NCBI GenBank assembly: GCA_018815555.1
Contig: JAHIWF010000087.1
Span: forward strand, 35,117-99,116
DNA length: 64,000 bases
Direction of reading: 5' to 3'
Source: Spirochaetota bacterium
GTDB lineage: Bacteria > Spirochaetota > Spirochaetia > Treponematales > UBA12059
A program made the position numbers and the translations under genes. Numbering within the stretch: position 1 is the first letter of the stretch; every line of letters starts with the position of its first letter. The notes under the pieces are model-generated. The model ran no database searches. It had not been told where the DNA came from and saw only the letters and a list, made by a program, of their open reading frames with translations. Of the stretch, positions 10,210 to 19,908 are shown piece by piece.

Positions 10210-11181
10210 CTACTGTCGCTCGTTTAGTTTAATCCGTGAAGCCGCATGCATTGGATCTATCGAAACAGCACGCCGCCATGCAGCGCGAGCCCGTATCGCA
10301 TCATTTAAACCTTGAAACGCAAGTCCTTCCCAATACCACGCCTCAGCTGAATTGGGATTCACAAGTTTTATTGCATCGATATAGCTCAAACCAGTCTCAT
10401 ATAATCCCGCCTCTATGCTTTGCGCTGCCAATAAAAGTCCGGCCTGCTCCCGTAAAAATTGATCTGTGCTCTCTAGCCAAACCCGACTTGCCAGTTTCGT
10501 CGTTTCAGTTGAATTGCCGGCCTCTTGATGAACCAATGCTGCTGCCATATGGAGTGGCAGCGAGTCTGGATTTTCCAATATAGCCGCAGTAAATGCATCA
10601 ATACTTTTTTGGGTTTCACCAAGGTTTTTATATGCCAGTGCCAAATATTCCCATATATCAAACGACCGATAATTATTATCCAATGCTGCCAATAAAAACC
10701 GGATGGCATCATCATAAAAATCCTGCCCGCGATAAAAGGAAGCTTTTCCGATAACGTACTGAATTCGGGAAGTAAATTCTGGTAATCCAATTATAAGTGC
10801 TTTACGGAGAGCCATTACAGATGTATGCATTAATGAAAGACGGGTTTCTCCATCAATGCTTTGCAGCCCGGTATAAAAAGCAGAGAAGCCGTAAAAAGCC
10901 AGGTTAAAGGCATTCATTGGATCGGTGAGTAATACAGCCTCGGTCTTTTGTAAAATCAGATCATAATCTTTTCGCTGCCATGCCTCAAGAACAATATCTT
11001 GAGTTATCTGCTCGCTTTGAACAACACTCTTTTTGCGAGCATGGGTAAGCACTAACCAGCGGGAAATAAAAACGGCACTCAACACCAGAGCTAGACTCAC
11101 GCATAGAAATACGATCCGACGACGGTATAATTGCTTGAGAAAAGGGGTCGAGTTTTGTTTTGGAGCAGAAGATTGACGCAT
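10210..11181 (-). CDS. membrane-anchored TPR-repeat protein
   Basis: N-terminal TM (IVFLCVSLALVLSAVFISRWLVL) followed by TPR-like helical repeats (AEAWYWEGLAFQGLNDAIRARAAWRRAVSIDP). It lies 10 nt upstream of mreB. Confidence 0.7.
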   Translation of the reverse strand: MRQSSAPKQNSTPFLKQLYRRRIVFLCVSLALVLSAVFISRWLVLTHARKKSVVQSEQITQDIVLEAWQRKDYDLILQKTEAVLLTDPMNAFNLAFYGFSAFYTGLQSIDGETRLSLMHTSVMALRKALIIGLPEFTSRIQYVIGKASFYRGQDFYDDAIRFLLAALDNNYRSFDIWEYLALAYKNLGETQKSIDAFTAAILENPDSLPLHMAAALVHQEAGNSTETTKLASRVWLESTDQFLREQAGLLLAAQSIEAGLYETGLSYIDAIKLVNPNSAEAWYWEGLAFQGLNDAIRARAAWRRAVSIDPMHAASRIKLNERQ

Positions 11182-11193
11182 AATTTCAGATTA

Positions 11194-11222
11194 GTTGTAC
11201 CATTTACATGCTGAATAGTCAA
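11194..11222 (-). promoter_or_regulatory. candidate sigma70-type promoter for the TPR-mreBCD-mrdA-rodA array
   Basis: The minus strand reads TTGACT (11222-11217), a 17-nt spacer, then TGgTACAAC (extended -10, hexamer 11199-11194). It lies between the rnpB 3' end and the TPR start. The -10 lacks the final T. Confidence 0.3.
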
Positions 11223-11242
11223 TTGAATATGTACATAGAAAA

Positions 11243-11642
11243 GGAGTGGATCTATAAGCCGGGTTCTGTCCTGTTTCCAGGGGCTGTCATCCATCTAAAC
11301 CACCCATTATATCTGGATCGTTTACGCGTTCTACCCGTCAGCTGTTTCACGTACATGAAACGGTACAAGCAATACACTGACTGTTCAAACTTGCTCGCGG
11401 TAAGGTTTGCCATGCCGTAGACATTGCTGTCTGCGCGGTGGGCTCTTACCCCACCATTTCACCCTTACCAGCCCCCCTGCACATGGAGCAAGCTCCCTGT
11501 CAAAAAGGGCTGGCGGTATCTTTCTGTTGCGCTGTCTGTCACACATCCGTCTCCAGAAGTGTGCCCGGCAGTTAGCCGGCACCGTGCTTTATCGAGCCCG
11601 GACTTTCCTCCGGATTAATCCGGCGACAGCCCGATCCACTCC
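11243..11642 (-). ncRNA. rnpB: RNase P RNA, bacterial type A
   Basis: The minus strand carries the universal blocks GAGGAAAGTCCGGGCTC (CR-I), GGGTGAAATGGTGGGGTAAGAGCCCACCGC and ACAGAACCCGGCTTAT. The P1 helix GGAGTGGATC (11642-11633) pairs with GATCCACTCC (11252-11243) and is followed by TTTTCT. Three track ORFs at 11385-11655 lie inside it and are spurious. Confidence 0.92.
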
Positions 11643-11651
11643 TAAATGTTA

Positions 11652-12512
11652 TTAATCGTCAGAATCTTCCATTGAACCTTTGCCTTGGCCGTCATCATCA
11701 TCGTCATCATATGAATCTTCTTCAGAATCATCGCTGAAGTCATCAAATTCGGCTAAGCTACCGGATTCAATATCAATAAGCAGGTCATCATCTGTACCAT
11801 CACTTTCCTGATGGAATAGAACACGGGAGCAATATGGACAGAATACAACTTTATTACCCTGACGCACTTCATTAACAAACTGTGCTGGTAAGATCATCGA
11901 ACAGCCAGTACATACCGAACCCTTAACAGAAACAATACCTAGGCTCTGTTTCGATTTAATGATTCTCTCAAATTTAAATATTATTTCCCGGTCTATACTT
12001 GAAGTAATTTCAGCCTCAAGATTTTTTAATTCATTAATCCGTTGCGACATTGTAGATTCTTCAGACTGAATACGGTTGCGTTTCTCAGTAACTTCACTTT
12101 CCTGCGAACTAATGAGCATCTGGGTTGAGTTAAGCTCACTTACAGCCTCTTTCAACGCCTCATCACTGGCTTTGAATTCTTTACGCAGACGGTCTTCTTT
12201 GAGGCCGGCTTCAGTTATTTCCTTATTGAGCGCTTCAAATTCACGAGGACTGGAAATACTGTCCATCTGCTGTTCGGATTTGTTTTTATGGTCAACAACT
12301 TCCTCCAGCTCTTGCTTGGTATTGGCGACTTTGGCGGTTAAATCATCAAATCGCTGCTGCTTTTCCACTAATGACTTTTTGGCCCGTACCAAAACCTCTT
12401 CCTGAGCGAGGATGGATTTTGGAAGTTCCTTAACCTGCTTTTCCAAAGACACTCGTTCCATTAGCAAATCCTGAAATTTCCTCAAGCGCTCGAATAATTC
12501 TTCCATCAACAT
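11652..12512 (-). CDS. coiled-coil C4 zinc-ribbon protein (COG1579/DUF164-like) with poly-acidic tail
   Basis: Long heptad-rich N-terminal region, then CTGCSMILPAQ..(17)..CPYCSRVLF (CxxC..CxxC). The C-terminus is DDFSDDSEEDSYDDDDDDGQGKGSMEDSDD. SD GAGGTGA lies 5 nt before the ATG. Confidence 0.8.
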   Translation of the reverse strand: MLMEELFERLRKFQDLLMERVSLEKQVKELPKSILAQEEVLVRAKKSLVEKQQRFDDLTAKVANTKQELEEVVDHKNKSEQQMDSISSPREFEALNKEITEAGLKEDRLRKEFKASDEALKEAVSELNSTQMLISSQESEVTEKRNRIQSEESTMSQRINELKNLEAEITSSIDREIIFKFERIIKSKQSLGIVSVKGSVCTGCSMILPAQFVNEVRQGNKVVFCPYCSRVLFHQESDGTDDDLLIDIESGSLAEFDDFSDDSEEDSYDDDDDDGQGKGSMEDSDD

Positions 12513-12705
12513 AGGTAATCACCTCGATCAAGTAGGCTGAATAACATAGGGGTGCACTGCACTACCCTTTACTATAATATATCCCGAAAATACGCTTATT
12601 ATTTTCGAACTCAACAATAAGCGCCAGATGATATCATGAAATCAGTATCCGAATCAATCATCCTAAAAGACGACCTGAATCTAGGCCGTCTGAGAAAAAG
12701 CTGAT

Positions 12706-14439
12706 TTAGTGATCTACATAATCACGTAATTTTTGACTTCTTTTAAAGTGGCGCAGTTTTTTCAGTGCCTTGGCCTCTATCTGCCGGATCCGCTCTCTGG
12801 TAACGTTAAAATACAAACCCACCTCTTCGAGTGTCAGGGAGTAGCCATCATCCAGCCCGAAACGCATCCGTAATACTTCTTGCTCACGCGGTGGTAAGGT
12901 GGCCAGAACAGATCGAATCTGCTCCTGCAGCAACTTGTAGTCAGTCTGTATACTTGGATTCTCTATATCTTTATCTTCTATAAAATCTCCAAGGAACGAA
13001 TCATCATCCTCTCCAAGCGGAGTTTCCAGGCTTATCGGTTCGCGGGCGACATTTTTAACACTCTTCACTCTAGAAACAGGCCAGCCAAGCTGTTGGGCTA
13101 CTTCTTCATCGCTTGGCTCTCGACCTAATTTCTGCATCAGTTGTCTGGATTCACGAACTACTTTATTGATCTGCTCAATCATATGTACTGGTACACGAAT
13201 CGTACGGGCCTGGTCGCTTATAGATCTGGTGATGGCTTGACGTATCCACCAGGTGGCATATGTTGAAAACTTATAGCCCTTGCGATATTCGAACTTCTCC
13301 ACAGCCTTGATTAAGCCGATATTACCTTCCTGCACCAAGTCAAAAAAATGCAGGCCGCGGTTGGTGTACTTCTTAGCAATGGAAACAACCAAGCGTAAAT
13401 TTGCCTTAATCAAACGATCTTTGGCATTTTTCATCATTTTACGGCCGCGATTGATCTCTTTGGCCATGCGGATGATTGAGTCACAATCATTCTCAAAGGA
13501 GTATTCCATTTCACCTAATCTTTTCTGGGTAATCTGGATTTGCTTGATGCGCTCTTTTATTTCATCGGAATCAATACCTAACTCTGATTCGATTTGGTCT
13601 CTTCGATCTTTTATAGTCAGATTTCGTCCCAAAGTTCTGATTTCGCGGAGAGTAGAAACCTGCAGTATCCGTTCGAGTCGGTCCTGTTCATTTCGATACT
13701 TTTTTATACGCTTGGCAGCATTTATAAATTTCTCGGAAAAAATATTGATTTCTTCAGTATGCAAATCAGTATCACCCAGTTTTAACAACAGACTTTCACG
13801 CAAAGCCATGAGCTCTTCGTCATCCTTGATCAAGTTGCCACGGGATACAATCTGCTTTTTATTTTCCAGGTAAGTTTTAATATCTGCCTGAGTCTCTTTA
13901 AGGATATCTCGATAAAACTGATTAAGACGACGACGCTCAGCAATTTTCTCTGAATTTTCCTTACGTTGTTGAGAGCCTGATTCACGTCTGGCTTTTAGTG
14001 CGATTTGATTAAATTCCGGGATAAGCATACCGCTACGCCGAATTATCCTTTTAATGATATTTTCGCCTTCTTCCATCAACTTGGATAATTCTACTTCTTG
14101 CTCGGCAGTAAGCAGATTTTCCTTACCTATCTCACGCAAGTAGAGCCGAATGGGATCATCCACCGCTCCTTCTTTGTCACTATATACCAAGCGTTTTTTC
14201 TCAGTGCTTGGAGTAGTTTCCTCATCCTTCACGGGAGCTGGCGCTTCTTCGCGATTTACATCTTCTTCCTCGAGTTGAATATGATTATTTTCGAGCAAGG
14301 CCAGGACGGTATCAATTTTATCCGAATTAAGCATTGCCTCCGGCAGAAAATCCGAAAGCTCATCAAAACTGATGACCTTTTTTGCCTTAGCGTACTCGAG
14401 TAACTTCAGAATTGCGGGATCCAGTTCAATTTCGCTCAT
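12706..14439 (-). CDS. rpoD: primary RNA polymerase sigma factor (sigma-70)
   Basis: Region 2 ([17 protein letters not shown]), region 3 and region 4.2 ([24 protein letters not shown]) are canonical. Confidence 0.95.
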   Translation of the reverse strand: MSEIELDPAILKLLEYAKAKKVISFDELSDFLPEAMLNSDKIDTVLALLENNHIQLEEEDVNREEAPAPVKDEETTPSTEKKRLVYSDKEGAVDDPIRLYLREIGKENLLTAEQEVELSKLMEEGENIIKRIIRRSGMLIPEFNQIALKARRESGSQQRKENSEKIAERRRLNQFYRDILKETQADIKTYLENKKQIVSRGNLIKDDEELMALRESLLLKLGDTDLHTEEINIFSEKFINAAKRIKKYRNEQDRLERILQVSTLREIRTLGRNLTIKDRRDQIESELGIDSDEIKERIKQIQITQKRLGEMEYSFENDCDSIIRMAKEINRGRKMMKNAKDRLIKANLRLVVSIAKKYTNRGLHFFDLVQEGNIGLIKAVEKFEYRKGYKFSTYATWWIRQAITRSISDQARTIRVPVHMIEQINKVVRESRQLMQKLGREPSDEEVAQQLGWPVSRVKSVKNVAREPISLETPLGEDDDSFLGDFIEDKDIENPSIQTDYKLLQEQIRSVLATLPPREQEVLRMRFGLDDGYSLTLEEVGLYFNVTRERIRQIEAKALKKLRHFKRSQKLRDYVDH

Positions 14440-16216
14440 GCCACTCTTCCTTCAAGCGAGCTAATTCACCATCAAGGTGCATTTTTTCGTACAGCAAATC
14501 ATTTAAGGATATTTCGTCCGCATCACGGACCGGATCATAACTTTTTATCCTACTGACCAGACGGGCTTTCTCTGTTTCCAGTTTGCGATAATGCAGTCGA
14601 AACAGCGCATCGGTTATAACCTTGTCTGGATTAACAGAATAATCGCCACTGGCAGCTTTCTCATGAATAAAGGTTCGAAGTGCCGGATTAGCCAAGCGCG
14701 GGATAATTTCCGAACTGGTAAGTTCGTCTCTCCTGAACAGTTCCTCCATTACTATAAAGACGTCTTTTAGGTCTTCGAGCTCAAAATCAGAGGCAGAAAA
14801 TTCGGCCCTTACAAGTTGAAAAAATTCCGGATTCAGTACCAAAGCGGCGATGAACCCCGAATAAACCGAATTAGCCTGAATAGGCAGAATCGCAGCTCCG
14901 TTTTCAGACTTAGCTAATGGTTGAGCAGGTGCATGCCGGTACTTCTTAAAATCGGCAAAAACGGAATAGGGATCAATATTAAATGCACCGGCGACGCTTT
15001 CCAGCAAACTGTCCTTTTGAATCTCGGAACTCAATTCAGCTGCATTTGAAAATACAAAATCAAAAGCTTCCGAGCGATTACCTTGGGAGGCAATCTTCAG
15101 AGCATGTTCAATTATATAGTCGTTCCTAGTTATAGTCGATTCTGCCATTTTTTTCAATTGGAGTGAACCAAATTTCTGCAGGATTTCTGCAGGATCTTTA
15201 GCTCCCTCAGTACCAAGCACGGAAATTGCCAGATTTTGCTTCTCCGCAACCTTAAAAGCTCGCAAAGTAGCCTCGATTCCAGCCTTGTCGGAATCAAAAC
15301 ACAACACCAGTGTTTCAGCATAACGTTTCAGCAATTGAGCTTGATTATCGGTAAAGGCGGTTCCAAGCGGAGCAACGGCCGTATTTTCACCAGCCTCATG
15401 AAAGGCCAGAACATCCATATAGCCCTCACAAATAATGGCTTTTTTCCCATTCCTCACTGCATTCAGAGCTGCATCAAGTCCAAAAAGATTCTCGCTTTTC
15501 CGAAAAATCACCGTTTCCGGAGAGTTGATGTACTTTGGCCCACTGTCCTTCAGGGTGCGACCTCCGAAGGCGACAGGTCTGCTTCGAATGTCAACAATAG
15601 GAAAAACCAAGCGACCACCAAAAATGGAAAACTCCTGATACTTACTGGAAAACAAGCCGCTCTTTGCAAGAAAATCCTTCGAATAGGCTTTTTTTAGTAG
15701 AAAATCATACAGCCATCCCCGCTCTTCAGGTACAAAGCCTAGCTTAAATCGTTGTATGGTTTCCAGACTGATTGCCCGCTCGCGTATATATGTAAGTGCC
15801 TGCTGCCCCCGTTTGTCTTCTACAAGAAAATAATGAAAGGTACCCACAAGGCGATTATAGAGCTCATACATAGCGGTTTTAAATTTCTGTTCACGCAGTT
15901 CTGCCGGATTGTCGCTACCTTCGTATACAATTGGAATTCCGGCTAGTTCTGCCAGCCGTTCAATTGCCTCGATATATTGACAATGCTCCATCTCTTTAAT
16001 GAACGTGACAGCATCACCGCCCTTTTTGCAGCCGAAACAGTAAAAAAAACCTTTGTCCGCCTGAACACCAAAAGAGGGTGTTTTTTCATTATGAAAGGGG
16101 CACAGTCCTATCCAGCGGCTCCCCTGCTTTTGCAGCCGGACATAATGCCCCACAACTGAAACAATATCATTTGCCTGGATAATATCCTGGATCAATGAGT
16201 CGGGGATTCTTTTCAT
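14426..16216 (-). CDS. dnaG: DNA primase
   Basis: Zinc-binding [13 protein letters not shown]...CFGC, TOPRIM EGYMDV, and DSDKAG. It overlaps the rpoD start by 14 nt. Confidence 0.95.
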   Translation of the reverse strand: MKRIPDSLIQDIIQANDIVSVVGHYVRLQKQGSRWIGLCPFHNEKTPSFGVQADKGFFYCFGCKKGGDAVTFIKEMEHCQYIEAIERLAELAGIPIVYEGSDNPAELREQKFKTAMYELYNRLVGTFHYFLVEDKRGQQALTYIRERAISLETIQRFKLGFVPEERGWLYDFLLKKAYSKDFLAKSGLFSSKYQEFSIFGGRLVFPIVDIRSRPVAFGGRTLKDSGPKYINSPETVIFRKSENLFGLDAALNAVRNGKKAIICEGYMDVLAFHEAGENTAVAPLGTAFTDNQAQLLKRYAETLVLCFDSDKAGIEATLRAFKVAEKQNLAISVLGTEGAKDPAEILQKFGSLQLKKMAESTITRNDYIIEHALKIASQGNRSEAFDFVFSNAAELSSEIQKDSLLESVAGAFNIDPYSVFADFKKYRHAPAQPLAKSENGAAILPIQANSVYSGFIAALVLNPEFFQLVRAEFSASDFELEDLKDVFIVMEELFRRDELTSSEIIPRLANPALRTFIHEKAASGDYSVNPDKVITDALFRLHYRKLETEKARLVSRIKSYDPVRDADEISLNDLLYEKMHLDGELARLKEEWHERN

Positions 16217-16217
16217 G

Positions 16218-17294
16218 TCAGGGCTTTACCGCCAAAGAAGCTGCATCGATATGCTCGTCAAAAGTCTCAGAAAAATAATGCTTGCCGCTCGTTCCATCAA
16301 TAAGTCGGAAATATAGATATCGTGATGGTTCCGGCTGGAATACCGCCTTCAATGCTACGGACCCCGGGCTGCAGATAGGTGCTGGAGGAAGGCCAGCCCA
16401 CCGATATGTATTAAAAGGGCTAAATAGTTCAAGATCCCGGTTGAACAAGCGTGCCGGATGCGGTTTGCCCAGCTCTTCAGTAATAACATAAACGACCGTT
16501 GCACAGGATTGCAGCCCGATACCCCGATTTAGCCGGTTATAGAACACACCGGCCATCAAGGCCGCTTCCTCCGGAATGCGGTACTCACGCTCAACAATAC
16601 TTGCCAGGATAATCCTGTCGTGCAACTCAGAGCTATCCAGCAAAGCGGCCTCTGGGGCGAGATCCTGTAGACGTGAAAAAAGCTGGCGTATCATAAAAGC
16701 GACCACATCATCAGGGGCGCTATTCTCAACAAAATAATAAGTATCAGGGAACAGATAGCCCTCGGCACTATCTCCGGGAATAGCAAAAGAAGCCAGCAAT
16801 TCGGGATTCCGGGCGGCAGATAAAAAGGCTTCACTACCGCTAATTCCAGCTTGTTCAACCAAATTGGCCACTTGGCGCAAGGTGCGCCCCTCAGGAATAA
16901 CCAGACGTTTTAACACTTGTCGGCCATCGATAAAAAGTCGGAGAACCGCATTTGTGGATAATTCGGAATCAATGCGATAGGTACCACTTTTTATACTGCT
17001 GTCCAGCCTGCTGATTCGAATAAAAAACTTAAAGAGCAATTCCGAGCGGATTATATCTCGCTCTGCCAGTCTTCTGGCAGTTACAGTGCCACTTTCACCA
17101 CTTTGAATGGTAAACAGAACACCTTCGGGGTCCACCCTACCAGTTGGAGCATCCAGATATTTTATTAGGACTAAGCTGGCAATAGCCAACGCAAAACCGA
17201 GTATAAACAGCACAGCGATCAGATTGGCAATAAGCCTAAACAGATGTCGCCCGTGTTTTGTTTTATTCGGATTATCGAAGGATTTCTTCTTCAA
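16218..17294 (-). CDS. mltG: endolytic murein transglycosylase MltG (YceG-like)
   Basis: N-terminal TM and YceG core (LASIVEREY, GLQSCATVVY, YNTYRWAGLPPAPICSPG). Confidence 0.9.
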   Translation of the reverse strand: MKKKSFDNPNKTKHGRHLFRLIANLIAVLFILGFALAIASLVLIKYLDAPTGRVDPEGVLFTIQSGESGTVTARRLAERDIIRSELLFKFFIRISRLDSSIKSGTYRIDSELSTNAVLRLFIDGRQVLKRLVIPEGRTLRQVANLVEQAGISGSEAFLSAARNPELLASFAIPGDSAEGYLFPDTYYFVENSAPDDVVAFMIRQLFSRLQDLAPEAALLDSSELHDRIILASIVEREYRIPEEAALMAGVFYNRLNRGIGLQSCATVVYVITEELGKPHPARLFNRDLELFSPFNTYRWAGLPPAPICSPGSVALKAVFQPEPSRYLYFRLIDGTSGKHYFSETFDEHIDAASLAVKP

Positions 17295-17304
17295 TTACTG
17301 TTCC

Positions 17305-17514
17305 TTACTGTGCTTCCGGTTCCAGACCGGATAATTGTTCCAGTTGTTCAATTGAAAAAACAGTATACAGCTCCTGACGGATCTTCTCCAGAACTGCAGA
17401 CTGGCTTTCATCACAACTATCCTCATGACAGAGCAGAATATTGTAAAGGCGCAACAGCTCCTGGCCACTGAGTGAAAGCTGGATCTGCTGCCGGGCAAAA
17501 TCCTCAAAGTTCAA
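17305..17514 (-). CDS. small hypothetical protein (~69 aa) possibly translationally coupled to the upstream MBL gene
   Basis: The track ORF 17305..17631 overlaps the MBL gene by 128 nt. A TTG at 17514 sits inside the MBL stop context (aTTGAACTTTGA) and gives LNFEDFARQQIQLSLSGQELLRLYNILLCHED... I recognise no family. Confidence 0.35.
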   Translation of the reverse strand: MNFEDFARQQIQLSLSGQELLRLYNILLCHEDSCDESQSAVLEKIRQELYTVFSIEQLEQLSGLEPEAQ

Positions 17515-18442
17515 TTTCCAAACCTTCTCTAGCCAGAATAACCTCAATACCGCGCTCTTCGAGATGGCCCAAATACCACGAAGCCGATTTAAATATTGTA
17601 TCGATTTTCTGGTCATTGTAACCAGGTTCATGATGGAATAAAATCAACTTTTTTATCTGCCACGAAGATGCAAAATCCGCTGCCAGACTGAACGATGAAT
17701 GTCCCCAATCCTGCTTTTCAATTGCCTCGCCAAGCGTATACTGCGTATCGATAATCAAGGCATCAGCTGATTTGAAATAGCGCTCGTTTTCCGGTGTTCT
17801 GTCAAAATCTGACGACGAAAGCTCGGTATCTGTCGAGTAGATTATTTTATGGCCATGCTCCTCAATTGAATAACTGTAGCAGCCTCCAGGATGGTTCATG
17901 CCCCTTTGCCTGATGGTAAGCTCGCCGATTTTAACCCCGTGGCCTTCGACAACACAGAATTCTTTGCAGGCCTGCATTACTTCCATCCCAACCGGGAAAT
18001 ATGGAGGACTCATCTGCTTTGCCAATATTTCCCGGAATCCATTGACCGGACTATACAGTGTAATATGATTAGCCGGATCAAAGGCCGGAGCGAAAAATGG
18101 AAGCCCCTGTATATGATCCCAGTGAAAATGCGAAAAGAATAAATGAATGGCAAGCGGTCTTTTCAGGGCGGCCAACTGTCGCCCTAAATTCTGGATTCCA
18201 GTCCCCGCATCGAAAATTAAATGGCAATGCTCATCCGTCTTTACCTCCACACAGGAAGTGTTTCCACCAACTGTAGAAAAAATCGATTCCGGCAGACGGG
18301 CTATAAATAACTCTCTGGATTCCTGACTTTCAATGTCATCCAGGTTGATCCGCTGTACAACAGAGGAAATCTTGCTTTTCAGCTTTTCAGGTGTCAGTGG
18401 TGTCGGGATTGAACCTCTCACTCCCCAGAAACGAATTTTCAT
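17504..18442 (-). CDS. MBL-fold metallo-hydrolase
   Basis: HFHWDHIQG (HxHxDH) and downstream His/Asp ligands. The ATG at 18442 (MKIRFWGVRGSIP) is preceded by GGAGGA. Confidence 0.8.
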   Translation of the reverse strand: MKIRFWGVRGSIPTPLTPEKLKSKISSVVQRINLDDIESQESRELFIARLPESIFSTVGGNTSCVEVKTDEHCHLIFDAGTGIQNLGRQLAALKRPLAIHLFFSHFHWDHIQGLPFFAPAFDPANHITLYSPVNGFREILAKQMSPPYFPVGMEVMQACKEFCVVEGHGVKIGELTIRQRGMNHPGGCYSYSIEEHGHKIIYSTDTELSSSDFDRTPENERYFKSADALIIDTQYTLGEAIEKQDWGHSSFSLAADFASSWQIKKLILFHHEPGYNDQKIDTIFKSASWYLGHLEERGIEVILAREGLEIEL

Positions 18443-18905
18443 CAAGATCCTCCAGAGCCAGATCATAGGGCAATTCTACAGGGGTATGTAACCTTCGTAA
18501 CCAGAACGCCTCTCTAATGCTTTCCGCCGGTACCAATGGCCCCTTGTTAATGCCGGGACAGTCAGCAGCTTCCGCCTGCCAGCTCGATTGATGCTCCGGA
18601 ATCCCTTTCCAGAATGGATAAGTACGACACTGCACCGGTCTTGCCGAATATACCATACATCCTTTTGGGGACCAAAAAATGCAATCGAAGGCGCTGGTTT
18701 CGGTCAGGCTTAGTCTAAAACCAGTTCCTATATCAATTTTACGCACATACTTTGCTAAAAAATCCGGCAATGTGCAATCTAAATACTGTATCAAGTTTAG
18801 TATATCATTTTTTGCCAAAAACACAAAGCCGGGAACATGTCGGCAGCAGGCTGAGCATTGCTGGCATGAAAAATGAAGCCCTTTTAACCAGTACTCATCT
18901 GCCAT
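18387..18905 (-). CDS. YkgJ-family cysteine-cluster protein (CxxCxxCC, putative Fe-S/Zn binding)
   Basis: FSCQQCSACCRHVPGFVFL plus downstream Cys pairs. SD GGAGGA lies 6 nt before the ATG at 18905. The 3' end overlaps the MBL start by about 56 nt. Confidence 0.8.
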   Translation of the reverse strand: MADEYWLKGLHFSCQQCSACCRHVPGFVFLAKNDILNLIQYLDCTLPDFLAKYVRKIDIGTGFRLSLTETSAFDCIFWSPKGCMVYSARPVQCRTYPFWKGIPEHQSSWQAEAADCPGINKGPLVPAESIREAFWLRRLHTPVELPYDLALEDLDENSFLGSERFNPDTTDT

Positions 18906-18931
18906 ACAAGTTCCTCCGGAACCACAATGAT

Positions 18932-18957
18932 AAAAAAAAGGCCGCCGTAAGGCGACC
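18932..18957 (-). terminator. intrinsic terminator after tRNA-Tyr
   Basis: The minus strand reads GGUCGCC-UUAC-GGCGGCC (7 bp including one G-U, tetraloop) followed by U8. Confidence 0.75.
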
Positions 18958-18960
18958 TAT

Positions 18961-19042
18961 TGGAGAGAGAAGGATTTGAACCTTCGAAGGCTGAGCCAAC
19001 AGATTTACAGTCTGCCCCCTTTGACCACTCGGGAATCTCTCC
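18961..19042 (-). tRNA. tRNA-Tyr (GTA), class II with long variable arm
   Basis: The reverse complement is GGAGAGA TT CCCG AGTGGTCAAA GGGG GCAGA CTGTAAA TCTGT TGGCTCAGCCTTC GAAGG TTCAAAT CCTTC TCTCTCC A. It nearly aligns with the E. coli tRNA-Tyr layout. CCA is not encoded. Confidence 0.9.
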
Positions 19043-19074
19043 ATTACGTAATGCAGTACCCAGCAAGCTGGACA

Positions 19075-19147
19075 AGCCATCTCCCGGAATCGAACCGGAG
19101 ACCTCGAGATTACAAGTCACGCGCTCTACCAGCTGAGCTAAGATGGC
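19075..19147 (-). tRNA. tRNA-Thr (TGT)
   Basis: The reverse complement is GCCATCT TA GCTC AGCTGGTA GAGC G CGTGA CTTGTAA TCTCG AGGTC TCCGG TTCGATT CCGGG AGATGGC T, 73 nt. There is one U-U mismatch in the anticodon stem. Confidence 0.9.
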
Positions 19148-19162
19148 ATCAACAACAAGCAG

Positions 19163-19192
19163 ACTATACAAAAAAACCTTCCACTGCGTCAA
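19163..19192 (-). promoter_or_regulatory. candidate promoter of the tRNA-Thr/tRNA-Tyr transcription unit
   Basis: The minus strand reads TTGACG (19192-19187), an 18-nt spacer, then TATAGT (19168-19163). The predicted start is about 9 nt before the tRNA-Thr 5' end. Confidence 0.5.
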
Positions 19193-19290
19193 GAGATATT
19201 TTCTGAGCTTCCGCTAAAAGCACAGATTTCACGGTATTTATTCTTTTTCAGCGGCACTGTATTGAACAGCTGCTGGATACTCACGTACAC

Positions 19291-19908
19291 TTGGCATATG
19301 GAGGATATATGTATTCCTTTTCTTCCTGTTCAATGGAACACTGTGACAGGCCCGCCTTGGGTACTGAGCAATTTTGTGCGCAGCACCATCCTGATGTGGA
19401 GTCATATGTACGCAGGATGCTTGAAAACATCGGCGACAGCATAATTATCAAAGATGTAAATTTTTCCGGGATAAAGTTGGAAAATATCCAGCTGGAAGGC
19501 CGGCAGCTGTATGGTTGTACTTTTTCTGAGGCGATCATGAGTAACTGCAATTTTTCAAACACCCTGTTCCGAATGTGCTTTTTCGATTTTAGCACGCTGT
19601 TGAATACTGCTTTCACCCACAGTGATATTCAATTCTGCTCGTTTGCCGGTTCAAAGCTTCAGGACTGCAATTTTACCAATTCGGAGCTGGTGCACAACAA
19701 TTTTAACGGCATAGAAACCAGAAATTGCGATTTCAGCAACTCCGGTTTATATAATTCTCGCTTTATTTCCGCCTGCTTCACCGATACCGATTTTGTGGAT
19801 TGTGACCTGAAAAAGGCCTACTTTATTGATGTGGTACAAAGTAATGTATCCTGGAAATTCTCCAACACGCAGGAAGCTTACTACAGCCTGGCAGGAGCGG
19901 ATCTATGA
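19291..19908 (+). CDS. pentapeptide-repeat protein with Cys/His-rich N-terminus
   Basis: Tandem A(D/N)LxX-type repeats (NFSNTLFRMCFFDFSTLLNTAFTHSDIQFCSFAGSKLQDCNFTNSELVHNNF...). The N-terminus is CSMEHC..(12)..CAQHH. The track start at 19291 is a TTG. The ATG at 19309, after GGAGGA, is the more likely start. Confidence 0.8.
   Translation: MAYGGYMYSFSSCSMEHCDRPALGTEQFCAQHHPDVESYVRRMLENIGDSIIIKDVNFSGIKLENIQLEGRQLYGCTFSEAIMSNCNFSNTLFRMCFFDFSTLLNTAFTHSDIQFCSFAGSKLQDCNFTNSELVHNNFNGIETRNCDFSNSGLYNSRFISACFTDTDFVDCDLKKAYFIDVVQSNVSWKFSNTQEAYYSLAGADL

Noticed and set aside
11385-11655. Three track ORFs (65, 82 and 64 aa) at 11385-11655.
   Set aside because: All three lie inside the RNase P RNA gene, which is identified by its universal conserved blocks.
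12661-12705. Hairpin AGACG..CGTCT after the rpoD stop, considered as a terminator.
   Set aside because: It has only a 5-bp stem with a 14-nt loop and a 3-U tail, which is too weak to call.
18884-19206. Track ORFs overlapping 18884-19206 (102, 61 and 76 aa).
   Set aside because: They overlap tRNA-Tyr and tRNA-Thr and the tRNA terminator.
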